A stretch of 63,570 nt of DNA, filler included, from Bdellovibrionota bacterium (GTDB taxonomy: Bacteria > Bdellovibrionota > Bdellovibrionia > Bdellovibrionales > JAEYZS01): assembly GCA_963169515.1 (NCBI GenBank). It is 4 parts of 4 records of this genome, joined end to end, with 100 filler letters (N's around TTAATTAATTAA, not from the genome) between each part and the next. Parts side by side here need not be neighbours in the genome. Positions count along the whole stretch, not along the records: positions 1 to 24,660 come from CAUJEF010000023.1; 3 more parts are not named here. One strand, given 5' to 3'. This document shows, piece after piece, positions 11,185-21,900 of this stretch; the first letter of the stretch is position 1; each line of letters begins with the position of its first letter. The notes beneath the pieces were generated by a model that was given only the letters and a program-made list of their open reading frames with translations, was not told where the DNA came from and did no database searches. The translations under genes and the position numbers were made by a program.

Positions 11185-11480
11185 TAGTGCCTCAAGGCTA
11201 TGGTTTGGCCAGATATCTGAACGATTTGCCCCTTGCTTGCACGTCTCAGGGCCAATCGGCTATGGGCATAATCTTCAATTCGATCCGGTCGCACCAGACG
11301 CGCCAAGTTCATCTCATTCAATCGTCGTTGATCCGTTCTGTTTTTATATTCGCGAGACAATTTTAAAACATTATACCCTAAGCGCCGCACTTCTGTTTTA
11401 GAAAAGGCCATCGTGAGCAAGGAAAAAAAGATCAAGATCAAACTGATGAATGGCTTGATTTCGGTACCACGGATTCTCAT
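11184..11480 (-). CDS. ftsL: Cell division protein FtsL-like
   Basis: Single TM plus coiled coil and PDRIE; located between rsmH and ftsI. Confidence 0.7.
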   Translation of the reverse strand: MRIRGTEIKPFISLILIFFSLLTMAFSKTEVRRLGYNVLKLSREYKNRTDQRRLNEMNLARLVRPDRIEDYAHSRLALRRASKGQIVQISGQTIALRH

Positions 11481-12346
11481 GATTTTGCCCTTTCAAAAAC
11501 ACGCAAGTGAGCGCTTCGACTGCGGGGATTCTGCACCTGTTCTTCGCGGGAAGGCTTTACAACCTTTTTTTGAACCGGCTCTCCAAGGTTTTTTAAAGTT
11601 AAAAATAAATTTTTAACTTTTCTATCTTCTGCAGAATGGAATGTGATAATCAAAAGACGCCCACCTGGTGACAATATGTTAAGAAAATTATGAATAGCTT
11701 TTTCCATATGTTCAAATTCATTATTCACACAAATTCGCAAAGCCAAAAAACATTCCGTCGCCGGATGATGGCCCTTGCGATGCCATCCCAGCGCTCGCTC
11801 AATTATCTTTGATAATTCGCCTGTCGTTTCGATGGGTTTTACTTTTCTGTTTTCAGCAATTGCCCTGGCAACTCGAAATGATTTTTTTACATCTCCATAA
11901 TGGTAGAAAACATTGGCAAGCTCTTCTTCAGTCCAGGTGTTGACAATTTCTTTGGCAGAAACGCTGTCATCCGGATTCATACGCATATCCAACGGGCCAT
12001 CATTGTAGAAACTAAATCCCCTTTTTGGATCATCCAGCTGCGGGCTGCTCACGCCAAGATCCATCAAAATACCGTCAAAGTGGTTCTGCGCATCCCCGTA
12101 TATTGAATAATTTGTATGGATCAATTCCAGCCGTCCATCCTGAATGAAGGATGCAAACTCTACTTTCCCATATCCGATAGCTGCGGGATCTCGATCCAGG
12201 GCTGTCACCTTGACGTGTGGGAACTCTTTTAAAACTTCGTGTGTGTGCCCACCGCGACCAAATGTCGCGTCTAAAAAACTTTTAAAGTTTTCGATCGGCC
12301 TTAAGAATTCGAGCACTTCATTCAGCAGAACAGGCTTATGTTGCAT
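11477..12346 (-). CDS. rsmH: 16S rRNA m4C1402 methyltransferase
   Basis: HKPVLLNEV, DATFGRGGH, DLGVSSPQLD, NPRSRSA. Confidence 0.97.
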   Translation of the reverse strand: MQHKPVLLNEVLEFLRPIENFKSFLDATFGRGGHTHEVLKEFPHVKVTALDRDPAAIGYGKVEFASFIQDGRLELIHTNYSIYGDAQNHFDGILMDLGVSSPQLDDPKRGFSFYNDGPLDMRMNPDDSVSAKEIVNTWTEEELANVFYHYGDVKKSFRVARAIAENRKVKPIETTGELSKIIERALGWHRKGHHPATECFLALRICVNNEFEHMEKAIHNFLNILSPGGRLLIITFHSAEDRKVKNLFLTLKNLGEPVQKKVVKPSREEQVQNPRSRSAHLRVFERAKS

Positions 12347-12801
12347 TACTTTTTGTCCTCTGAAAGCTCTTTTAGCGTTTCGTCGAAGTTTTTAACAAGG
12401 TTCCCGTACAACTGCGACCATTGATCTTTCGACCACACTTCAAATTTTTCACCCATACCGACAAATAATACGGCCTCAGAGATTCCCGCATAGGAACGCA
12501 AATCTGGTGGAATTAAGATTCGCTGGGATTTATCCGGCTCTATAATTTGTCCTGCAGACAAGTAAAATCGCTGAAATGCTTGAACTTCAGCACGCAGATT
12601 TGAAAGTTTTGATATTTTTTTTTCGAGATCTTTCCATGCCGCTAATGAATACACGTCAAGGTAGCTGAAGCCCTTAGAATGTCCATTTGTAATGACAAGA
12701 TCCTTTTTGGCCGTCAACACGTTGTGGATCGTGGTGGGAAGAAAAATACGTCCTTTATCGTCTAATTTTCCTTCAAAACGGCCGCGAAAAAATGAAGGCA
12801 T
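12346..12801 (-). CDS. mraZ: Division/cell wall cluster repressor MraZ
   Basis: FRGRFEGKLDDKGR and DKSQRILIP repeats; start placed at MPSFF after AGGAAG. Confidence 0.93.
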   Translation of the reverse strand: MPSFFRGRFEGKLDDKGRIFLPTTIHNVLTAKKDLVITNGHSKGFSYLDVYSLAAWKDLEKKISKLSNLRAEVQAFQRFYLSAGQIIEPDKSQRILIPPDLRSYAGISEAVLFVGMGEKFEVWSKDQWSQLYGNLVKNFDETLKELSEDKK

Positions 12802-12858
12802 AAACTCGCTTCCTACGATTGAAAAAAAGCCCATCCATGGGCTCTTTCAAGAGTGCTT

Positions 12859-12917
12859 CCCACTCCCACTTAATTCCACTTATTCCCACTTTACGCCATT
12901 TTCTAATAATGCGTCAA
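12859..12917 (-). promoter_or_regulatory. dcw promoter with 10-bp-periodic MraZ-binding direct repeats
   Basis: Minus strand AAGTGGG/AAGTGGA repeats at 10-nt period (ccact at 12866, 12876, 12886) overlapping TTGACG-18-TAAAGT. Confidence 0.75.
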
Positions 12918-12957
12918 GTCTTGCTCTCTCTATTCTCTATTGGTCAGATATACGCAT

Positions 12958-13845
12958 ATGGTGATATGTCCCAAATGCGGATTTGACCAACCCCCCGACA
13001 GGTACTGCGCAAGCTGTGGTGTAGACCTCGATAATTACAAGGGAAAACGAAAATCAACTTTTCGCCCCGCGCCTTTGGTGTTTTTAGGCATTGCAATCGC
13101 TTTGATTCTAGTGACCGTTTTTTTTATCGACAAACTCAAGACTTGGGATCTAGGCAAATTTTACCCTGAATCTGAAATCATCGACACACAAACTTCAACA
13201 AACTTTGGAACTTCGTCTGACTTGCAACTGCAAGCCGATGAAGTCAAAACAACCTCTGACACGCGTTTAGCCGCACCAAAAACATTGGGGGGAATGCAAG
13301 GTGCCCCTCCCGCTACAAAACCAGAATCAGGTCCTCCTGCAAATTTTAAAAATGCGCCCGTCACATTCATCATCGGAGAAATAACTGACGTTGAAATCAA
13401 TCAACTCATCGTAACAAAAGACACGGCCACAGAACCAGACCCCGTTGTTTGGGGTGTTTCAGATGACATTCCATTAATCCGCCGCGACCATATCGAGCGC
13501 GACATGAAATTTAATTTTGGGGAAAATAAAGTCAATTATGAAGACGAGCTGATCCACATAGATGTCGGATTCGAAATTACCTCTGTTACTGATTCAACAA
13601 TCAAAGCAAAAGTTCGCTACAATAGAAATCTCGCCGGTATCCAAACCTATGCCAATGATGAACAGGCAAGCTTCGACATCACTGTCCCAATGCAAAAAAC
13701 AGTTTATATAGTGGATCGCCTTCCGCGCGTGACTCAAGGACGGAATGAAATAGCCGCGACCAATTCCCTTTTGGGACAACTTTACAAGTCAAGAACTTTC
13801 CGAGAAGAAACTTCAGAGGTTGTTCTCTTAATTCAATTTGAGTAG
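12958..13845 (+). CDS. Zinc-ribbon membrane-anchored hypothetical protein
   Basis: CPKC-x9-CASC, then one TM helix and a soluble domain. Confidence 0.75.
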   Translation: MVICPKCGFDQPPDRYCASCGVDLDNYKGKRKSTFRPAPLVFLGIAIALILVTVFFIDKLKTWDLGKFYPESEIIDTQTSTNFGTSSDLQLQADEVKTTSDTRLAAPKTLGGMQGAPPATKPESGPPANFKNAPVTFIIGEITDVEINQLIVTKDTATEPDPVVWGVSDDIPLIRRDHIERDMKFNFGENKVNYEDELIHIDVGFEITSVTDSTIKAKVRYNRNLAGIQTYANDEQASFDITVPMQKTVYIVDRLPRVTQGRNEIAATNSLLGQLYKSRTFREETSEVVLLIQFE

Positions 13846-13928
13846 ATCTATTTTTTATAGTTTACCCGACCCGTCATCCATTTTCATTTTCAAATAACTG
13901 AAATATTATTCTACGCAGGGGGATTTCA

Positions 13929-14516
13929 ATGGCCGGCGCGATTGAAGTTATCGTTGGTAGTATGTTTAGCGGGAAGACCGAGGAACTCATTCGCAGAGTC
14001 AAGCGTGCGCAATTGGCCCGTCAGAAAATTCAAGTTTTTAAACCAAAAATCGACAATCGGTACAGCACCTCTGAAATCACATCTCACAGCTTACAAAAAA
14101 TCAAAGCGACGATCATCGATCATCCCTCTGACATTTTAAACCTAGTGAACGATAGCACACGTGTTGTCGGAATTGACGAAGCTCAATTTTTTGACAAAAG
14201 CATTGTTGATGTCGCGGAAAAGCTGGCAAATCGAGGAATACGAGTCATTGCGGCAGGACTTGATACAGATTGGAGGGGGCGTCCCTTTCACCCTATGCCT
14301 GAGCTAATGGCAGTCGCAGAATCTGTGACAAAAGCATATGCCGTCTGCATGGTTTGTGGGGAACAAGCCTGTCGTACGCAAAGAATCTCGGATTCTAGCC
14401 AGGATATCCTTATCGGTGCGCTGGACGTTTATGAAGCAAGATGTCGAAATTGCTTTGAGGCTCCGAATGAAAAAGGTGAACTCTCTCTAATCGGGGCACA
14501 AAAAGAGTTAACATAA
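13929..14516 (+). CDS. tdk: Thymidine kinase
   Basis: GSMFSGKTEEL, IDEAQFF, CxxC...YEARCRxC. Confidence 0.97.
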   Translation: MAGAIEVIVGSMFSGKTEELIRRVKRAQLARQKIQVFKPKIDNRYSTSEITSHSLQKIKATIIDHPSDILNLVNDSTRVVGIDEAQFFDKSIVDVAEKLANRGIRVIAAGLDTDWRGRPFHPMPELMAVAESVTKAYAVCMVCGEQACRTQRISDSSQDILIGALDVYEARCRNCFEAPNEKGELSLIGAQKELT

Positions 14517-14565
14517 ACGACTGTTTTCTGGCATTCTGCCATAACCGTCGCGACCAGGAGACTTT

Positions 14566-15099
14566 ATGGACAAATTTAATTTATCCACTTTGATCACAGA
14601 AAAACAAATTCAGGAAAAGATTCTCGAAATAGGAAAAAAAATAACACAACAATATCAAGGTAAAGAAGATGTCGTCGCAATCTGCGTGCTAAAAGGTTCG
14701 TTTATGTTCTACTCGGATTTGATTCGTGCGATTGATTGCGATCTTGCTTGTGAATTTTTTGGTGTGGCAAGTTACCATGGAGAAATTAAATCTTCTGGTG
14801 AAGTCAAAATCACTTTGGACTTGAACCATCCTGTCGAAGGCAAACACGTTATCTTGATCGAAGACATCGTCGACACGGGCTTAACAATGAGCTATCTCAT
14901 TAAAAATATTAAAGCCCGCCATCCGAAATCTCTCACGACTGCAACTTTGTTATTGAAACCGGGTGCATTGAAAACCAAAGTAGATTTGGATCATGTGGGT
15001 TTTGAAATCGGAAATGAGTTCGTGGTTGGATACGGCTTGGACTATCAAGGCCTGTACAGAAACCTTCCGTTCATAGCCCAAGTTCAAAACATGAATTAA
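14566..15099 (+). CDS. hpt: Hypoxanthine phosphoribosyltransferase
   Basis: VLKGS, ASY loop, LIEDIVDTGLT, FVVGYGLDY. Confidence 0.96.
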   Translation: MDKFNLSTLITEKQIQEKILEIGKKITQQYQGKEDVVAICVLKGSFMFYSDLIRAIDCDLACEFFGVASYHGEIKSSGEVKITLDLNHPVEGKHVILIEDIVDTGLTMSYLIKNIKARHPKSLTTATLLLKPGALKTKVDLDHVGFEIGNEFVVGYGLDYQGLYRNLPFIAQVQNMN

Positions 15100-15200
15100 A
15101 AACCTGGCCCACATAATTTAAGACTTACAACGAAGCTTCCATACCAACCACCTATTTTTAGGGCTTGTTTTTTGATGATAATGTGTGTATATTATACTTG

Positions 15201-15452
15201 ATGGGTGAGTTGTTCAGGGTCAATAATAGGATTAGAATTTTAATATATACAAATGACCATGGTCCCGCCCATGTACACGTTATAGTGCGTGCCGAAGGCA
15301 TTGAATTTAAAGTGGTTCTTGCTGATCTGTCTTGTGAGCATATTACAGAGAAACAACTCTCGGCACGCGATGAGAAAATGGTTGTTAAGTTCATTGAAAA
15401 AAATAGAAGCTTTATTATGGAGGCTTGGAATGAAATCCAAAAAGGTCAATAG
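15201..15452 (+). CDS. DUF4160-family putative toxin
   Basis: IYTNDHGPAHVHV...EAWNE pattern typical of DUF4160; small, overlaps downstream gene. Confidence 0.75.
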   Translation: MGELFRVNNRIRILIYTNDHGPAHVHVIVRAEGIEFKVVLADLSCEHITEKQLSARDEKMVVKFIEKNRSFIMEAWNEIQKGQ

Positions 15453-15675
15453 AAAGAAAGAAGATATTCTTTCAGAAGAAGATTTTAAGGCAGAGAATGT
15501 AAAGGTCCGAATCAATATGTTTGTCTCTGGCGATTTGCTAGAAACTTATCGTGAGGCAGCTAAAAAGCTGGGCATTGGCTACCAGACCCTCATGCAAATC
15601 AAACTCAAAGAGGCGATGGACCACACTATCGAAAAACGACTTGAGGCCATCGAATTAAAGCTTAAGCGAGCCTAA
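15430..15675 (+). CDS. BrnA/CopG-like ribbon-helix-helix antitoxin
   Basis: KVRINMFVSGDLLETYREAAKKLGIGYQTLM; GYQT motif of BrnA-type RHH antitoxins. Confidence 0.75.
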   Translation: MKSKKVNRKKEDILSEEDFKAENVKVRINMFVSGDLLETYREAAKKLGIGYQTLMQIKLKEAMDHTIEKRLEAIELKLKRA

Positions 15676-15811
15676 TTTTTCCGGGCAGGCATGCCAGTTT
15701 TTAACCCTCACAAAGGTCCAGTTTCCACATAGGCACTGAGTGCCAATTTACATACGAACTGGTAGTAAATCTTGAAAAATGGGATGATTTTCATGGGCCT
15801 AAGGAGGGGAC

Positions 15812-17053
15812 ATGAAAAAGATTCTTTTTTCGACACTATTATTTTCTCAATTCGTTTTTGGACGTGGAATAAGTCCGGACGACAACATTTACTGGATGAA
15901 AATCCCAGCAAAAAATTCTTACGAACGAACTGAAATTTCAAACACTGGGGCCGTAATTGAATCGGTCACCGCGGAATATGTGACCGTTCTTGCAAAAGAA
16001 AGCGAAAAGGCCGAGCTCGATAAACTTGGCAAAACAGAGGTCAGCTTTTTAATGACTGCGGAAATGATGGATTTCCCGAATAACGATCAACAATTTCATA
16101 ACTATAATGAGCTCTTTACGGCTATGAATGATCTTGCAAACAAACATGCATCAATTCTAAAGCTTGATATATTGGGGAAAAGTGCAAATGGACAGGATAT
16201 TCATGTCATGTCAATTACAGGCGCGCAAAACCGTACGATCGAGCAAGATGTCCCAGCTATATTTTTCGTAGGAACTCACCACGCACGCGAACACTTGTCG
16301 ACAGAAGTGCCCTTGAAGTTAGCTCAATATTTGGCTGAAGAATATGAAAAAAAGAACGAACGTATTATGAACCTTGTCGATGGCCGCGTGATTTACATCG
16401 CTCCATTATTGAACCCAGACGGATCTGAATACGATATCTCTACGGGAAGCTACAAAATGTGGAGGAAAAACCGTAAGAAAAACTCAGATGGATCGTATGG
16501 GGTCGATCTCAATAGAAACTACGGTTTCAAGTGGGGGCTCGAGGGGGCAAGTAGCTCACCTTCCAGTGACACATACCGCGGAACTGGTCCATTCAGCGAG
16601 CCTGAAACACAAGCTGTAAAAAACTTCGTGGAAAGCCACGCCAATATCACCTCTATGTTGAGTTTCCATACCTTTTCAAAACTTGTTCTGTACCCTTGGG
16701 GATTTACTCATAATCCAATTGAAAAGGATTTGGATCGTCAGGTTTTTGAGACTATGGGTAGAAAAATGGCAAGCTTGAACGGTTATACCCCGCAAACAGG
16801 TGCGGACTTGTATCTTGTAAGCGGCGAAATGAATGATTGGGCATACGGAGATCGCGGAATCTTTGGGTTCACGTTCGAACTGGATCCCGCAAGCATGTGG
16901 GAAGGTGGGTTTTATCCAGGTCAGAAAATGATTGAACCTGTATTTAAGAAAAATCTTGAACCTTGCTTGTACATGATTGACCTTGCAGACAATCCTTACC
17001 GTTCGGTTCAATCCCAAGCTCAACAGTTGGGTCTAAACTCGGCAATGTTCTAA
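15812..17053 (+). CDS. Secreted M14 zinc carboxypeptidase (carboxypeptidase T-like)
   Basis: Signal peptide; HHAREH, NPDG, WRKNR, GVDLNRNY, FSEPET, FTFEL. Confidence 0.93.
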   Translation: MKKILFSTLLFSQFVFGRGISPDDNIYWMKIPAKNSYERTEISNTGAVIESVTAEYVTVLAKESEKAELDKLGKTEVSFLMTAEMMDFPNNDQQFHNYNELFTAMNDLANKHASILKLDILGKSANGQDIHVMSITGAQNRTIEQDVPAIFFVGTHHAREHLSTEVPLKLAQYLAEEYEKKNERIMNLVDGRVIYIAPLLNPDGSEYDISTGSYKMWRKNRKKNSDGSYGVDLNRNYGFKWGLEGASSSPSSDTYRGTGPFSEPETQAVKNFVESHANITSMLSFHTFSKLVLYPWGFTHNPIEKDLDRQVFETMGRKMASLNGYTPQTGADLYLVSGEMNDWAYGDRGIFGFTFELDPASMWEGGFYPGQKMIEPVFKKNLEPCLYMIDLADNPYRSVQSQAQQLGLNSAMF

Positions 17054-18213
17054 AATAGGTTTTTTAAGAAAAGGCCTGCGCGAATGTATTCGTAACTTAC
17101 CGATGGGTCCACTGTACCGGCTGGACCCAAAGTTTCAGAGGTCAAAAGATCTGCAGTAAAAACAGCCTCTGCCTTAAAGGTCTTAGAGAAACTGTAATCA
17201 AGCTTAAATTCGCCCGCCAACCTCTGATCCTCTCGCCTGTTCGGTCGTGAGTAGGAGCGGTATTGATAGCTTAAACGCGCAAGAGCCAATAGTTGATCCC
17301 CAAAAATTCGTCCAAATCCGATATGCATTTTTTGCTTCAAAACAAAGTTCGAATAATACGTGTCCTCTACAGTGTAATCATAACCCAAAAGAATCATGTC
17401 CCTAGGACTTCTTTCTTCTTCAAATTCCAGAGTAAAAATGGGCTCTCTGAATCCAGCCTCTTTTGCATATTCTCGAAAGAGAAAGCCGGCATAAGATCGA
17501 ATTTTCATCGTTCGCGTGAGCCGCCCAACAACTCCCGATCCAACTTCTATATATTGGCTATCGTATTTCAAACCAAATTCTTCGTTCGGAGTTCCTTTGT
17601 ATTTCGTACCTTCAGGAAAAATCTTTTGCCCCACCTTAAGCGCAGTAACAAGATTTGTTTCTGGTAAAAAGGAATATAAATGTTTTGCAACCATATTTAT
17701 TTCATAATTTTGTTGAAAGTCGTAGCTAATCATTCCCGATGGTGGGTTAAAGCTGACCGCTTCGGTCTGGTAGTTGCCCTCTATTTCGAACCTGCTAAGC
17801 TCGGTTGAGCGCCACTGAGCCCCCGCCTCGGCCCCCATGAATTGTCTTAACGGACGATCACCTGTTTCATTTATGGGTGGTTCCGAAAGGGTCTTGACAG
17901 ATGGCTTTAAAAAAAATCCAGTTTCTGTATCACTTATCGTTTGAATTTTTAGGTGCCCTTCATATTGAAAAAAATCTAAATTGGAATGTACGAAATATTT
18001 ATTATATTGGGCCATCCCATAGGCAGAGGTCAAAAACCCCTTTTTCTTGCCCGGCTCATACATCAATTCTGGTTTTACAGAAATAAAAAAGTCGCCTTTG
18101 TCACTCTTATCTTCATAATAAGAGTTGGACTCGTAAAAAGTACCCACCGTAAGCAACTTATCAAGTGATGCATTCGCAGGATCCAAAATGAAAAAAAGAA
18201 GAGCTATCATCAT
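17050..18213 (-). CDS. Outer-membrane beta-barrel protein
   Basis: Signal peptide, alternating aromatic beta-strands, C-terminal Phe. Confidence 0.7.
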   Translation of the reverse strand: MMIALLFFILDPANASLDKLLTVGTFYESNSYYEDKSDKGDFFISVKPELMYEPGKKKGFLTSAYGMAQYNKYFVHSNLDFFQYEGHLKIQTISDTETGFFLKPSVKTLSEPPINETGDRPLRQFMGAEAGAQWRSTELSRFEIEGNYQTEAVSFNPPSGMISYDFQQNYEINMVAKHLYSFLPETNLVTALKVGQKIFPEGTKYKGTPNEEFGLKYDSQYIEVGSGVVGRLTRTMKIRSYAGFLFREYAKEAGFREPIFTLEFEEERSPRDMILLGYDYTVEDTYYSNFVLKQKMHIGFGRIFGDQLLALARLSYQYRSYSRPNRREDQRLAGEFKLDYSFSKTFKAEAVFTADLLTSETLGPAGTVDPSVSYEYIRAGLFLKNLF

Positions 18214-18791
18214 CGCATATTCACTCGACCTTCTTTAAATGGCGATTCAACTTCCATAGAACGAAGTTTTTTAAACACCTGCGCGGATCCTACCCCATAA
18301 TCTGAAAGCTCAATTTGTGCTTCTTCAGAGATGCCCGTCCGAGTTAAACAACCGTTCAGAAGTTTGTGTGTAACTCGAAAGCTTGTAAGATAGGCACGAA
18401 TATTTACAAAAATACGCGCTAGCTCTGATGCCTCTTCTGTCAATTTAGGCTGGGTGACTTCGTGGCAGGTTTGTTGATATATAACAAGTATACCCCGTAG
18501 CTGTGACAAATAAACATTGAAGCATTCATTCTGTTCCTTTTGAAGCTTTTCAGTTTGTTGAAATTCCTGCAGGCGATCCAATGTATTTTGATCCACCGTA
18601 GAAACATGAGTACATTCTTTTCTAAACTGATCGATGACCGATAATAAAATCGTCTTATCCCGGTTAGGGTTTTTAAACCGTCCTTCCGAGTGAGCCACAT
18701 TTGTGGTTCCAATTAATATGATGGGTAAAACACTACTTATTCGTGCCCATGTCTTCCAATGGAAGACGATCCCTTTTATAAAATGTATCAT
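18210..18791 (-). CDS. Exported helical hypothetical protein
   Basis: Signal-like N-terminus, four Cys, overlaps both neighbours. Confidence 0.6.
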   Translation of the reverse strand: MIHFIKGIVFHWKTWARISSVLPIILIGTTNVAHSEGRFKNPNRDKTILLSVIDQFRKECTHVSTVDQNTLDRLQEFQQTEKLQKEQNECFNVYLSQLRGILVIYQQTCHEVTQPKLTEEASELARIFVNIRAYLTSFRVTHKLLNGCLTRTGISEEAQIELSDYGVGSAQVFKKLRSMEVESPFKEGRVNMR

Positions 18792-18972
18792 AGTAGAGCA
18801 TTCTCATTTGTTGTTCATCTGAATAAACTATGGGTTCACCGACATCGCTATCGACCCGAGCTTTCTTAACAAGGTAAACAGACTTGGGGACTTTTGTGAG
18901 CTTGGGCAAAACTATATCCGGGGCCCTATCTCCTGCCAAGCCGACTGAAAGGAAAAAAAGTAAGCTAATCAT
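18733..18972 (-). CDS. Small exported protein, GltF-like position and size
   Basis: Signal peptide, start overlaps end of large TPR gene. Confidence 0.5.
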   Translation of the reverse strand: MISLLFFLSVGLAGDRAPDIVLPKLTKVPKSVYLVKKARVDSDVGEPIVYSDEQQMRMLYYDTFYKRDRLPLEDMGTNK

Positions 18973-21900
18973 TGCTTCGGTCTCCTGCCACTTCACGAGT
19001 CACGGTTTGGTACATTTGGTTCAGCAAAGGGTTACTGTACCCTAAACTCTTAATATTTTTCAAACTTGAGTAAAATTGTTGCTTATCTTGAGCCGTTTGC
19101 AAACTGACAAGCCACGAAAGATGAGCATTGTTCTGGTAGTTTTCTACTTTATTTTTTGTCCCATTTATCACATTTTCGCTCGCTAAATAGGTTTGTAACC
19201 AGAACGGCTTCCCAGATAGAGCATCCGTAACCCTCTGTTGCATCTTCTTATCTTTATTTTTTAAAGCAGTCAGACTTAAACCCACCGCAGATAAATAGCC
19301 TTCATCCAAAAAATCTAGAGTATAACCGATACGTCCATACCTCCGAAGGGACGCGTCGATGTGTGCTCTTAGTGCAAAAAGCCCATCACTATTGCCCGTA
19401 TTCACAACGCCTTCTTCAAGGAGAGCTGCCGCCCATTGATAATATTTATTTTCAAAAAGTATTCTGGCCATAACCGCATACGGCAACGACTGTGCCGGAT
19501 CATTTTGAATTGCAGCTTGAAGAGAATCGACAGCCTCCTTAAACTGATGAGCCTTGTAGAATTTTTCGGCATTTGCGACATAAGATAAATATCGCGGCTC
19601 AGCGATTGGAATTGCTGCCGCAAGCGGCGCTGGCGACAATGACGTTAGACCAAAAACATAAGCTAGGCTTTGCGCCTCTGAATCCCACTTCCCAGCCTTG
19701 GCAAAATCAGCAAAGTACGAGGACGCCTTCACGTCATTTCCCCATCGTAATTGGGCGATCGCTAAATCCAATAAAACATTTCTTTCATTTGTCATTTTCA
19801 AGACATTAGAAAGCCCGCTCAGACAGTTATCGAAGCGACCGGACTCACAAGCAGATTTTATACTTTCCCATGGAACATCTTTTTGTGTGGGCGCTTGAAG
19901 TTCCATCACATTCATCAAGCCCAGTCTCCAGTTGATCAGGTGTCCGATATGGATAGGCAATTTTCTTTGAGCCAAAAAGTACGCCTTTTCGGCATTCACT
20001 GCCGCTGGGTGATACGGAGTATCTTTTATGTTACTCCAGGCCTCTTCTGCAATGGCTGGCAAATTTTTATCAGAAATATTCTGTTCAAACGCTTTAATAA
20101 CAACATCTGAAAGTGCTCGGCTGGTGACCTCGGCTATGCCAATTTGCCTTAAGACCTTAATATGGGGCACAAGGTCTGCAACAGAAAATGCACCTTCTAT
20201 TTTTCGATCAATCTCAAAATACTGACACCAGCTTTGAGATAATTTCACATAAGCCGTTTGACGTTTTACCTGCTCAGCAACCTGGGTCGTAATTTTGCAT
20301 TCGCGGTCAACACTTGCCCACATCCGCTTGTTCATAAGAGTTTCTATATACAAAGTCTTATAAAGTACCCATGACTGGATATCTTTTTTGTCAAATGCTT
20401 TTAGGTATTCCCCAATATATTTATCGTTTCCAAGATACTTTGCAGCCTCAATAAGGTCTAGAGCGAGCATATGATTTTTATTATTTTTCAATTGAACGCT
20501 AAGCAAATTAAAAACAGACTTCCATTGCAACAAATTCTTTCGAAGATTAACGGCAGAAATCAAAGCTTGTTCCTTCCATGCGTGATTTCCTGCAGTTGCA
20601 ATAAATTTTTCAAAAGTTTGAGCTGCCTTTTCAAATTGCCCCAAACTTTTTTGATTCATCGCATGTATAAAGAGCGAGTCCTTTTCCAGCTTGGTGCCCT
20701 TCAATTGATTTAAATAAGCTTCTGACTCTTCAATGTTTTTTGTCCGCCTATATAAAATCGCAATGCGAAAAAGAATTTGGTGTTTAAACGAACTACGTGG
20801 ATTGTTTGCGATATAGTCCTTGTAAGATTTGATTGCATCCGCATAATTCAATTCAGAAATCAGGTTTTCAACAGCCGCTAAGCTCTCATCACGTTGGAAT
20901 AGCGAATTGTGCTCATCCAATACGCTAGAATCTACTTGAAGCCGAAGGGTTGGAAGCAGTTCGCTGACTTCAGTGACTTTGGACCATTCGCCTTTTAAAT
21001 TATAGATAGAGCTAAGAAACCAGATCGCCTTCACGGTTGTCATTGTTGTAAAATCACGGCTTGAAATTAACTCGTTCAAAGTTTTCTCTGCCTTACCCAG
21101 GTCACCACGCGCGGCTTGAACTTGCGCGGTCTTTAAAAGTATTTTCTGTCTACGCATACCAGTTTTAACATAGTCCGTGTATACGCTTGCAGATTTCAAA
21201 AAAACGCTTTCTTGATTCGAATAGTTTGGCGTTTGCCCGCTATCATTAATTTGGAAACTCTCTGAAACAGAAAGGTTATAATTTACTTTCTTTACCATTG
21301 CCCAAAGGTAACTGTATGCCGCGCTTTCGCGGGTGGCGTTGGATTTAGTATGAGTGACAAGTTTCAAATAAAGTTCTGCCGCTTTCTCGAAGTTTGATGA
21401 ATAGTATTCTAGATCTGCAAGCTCCATCATTGCACTTTCAGAATATGGGCTGAATTCATAGTTACTTAAAAATCGCTCATAACGAACGCGTGCTGTTGCC
21501 AACTGAGAGGCAGACTTGTTTCTGTATCCAGCCATCGCAAAATAGCGTGCATTTTTAAGTAAATGTTCTTCTAAAAAATCTTCTGCCCTAAATACTGCCA
21601 ATCGTGAAGCATCATTTTTGTCCCACCAGTACTCAGACTTGGTCATAAGATTAATAAAATCGTCGCGAACTCTGTTCGCACGATCAATTTGCATTTCATC
21701 TTCATAACTTGCGATGATTTCAGTGTAAAAAAGTGGAATATAGGAAGCATACGGAAATTTTCGTATGGCTTCTTCATAAACGGCCCTCATTGAAGTCTCG
21801 TCTGATTTTCTTTTGTACGTTTCGCCAAGGCTCAAATAAATTTTTTCTTGAAACTCCTCGTCTAGATCAATTTTAATCCCATGAGTTTTCAAAACACCCA

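Noticed and set aside
12859..12900. Short periodic repeats as a possible CRISPR remnant
   Set aside because: 10-bp period without spacers or cas genes; fits an MraZ operator
15289..15429. N-terminal extension of the antitoxin ORF
   Set aside because: Lies within the toxin gene; GGAGG precedes the ATG at 15430
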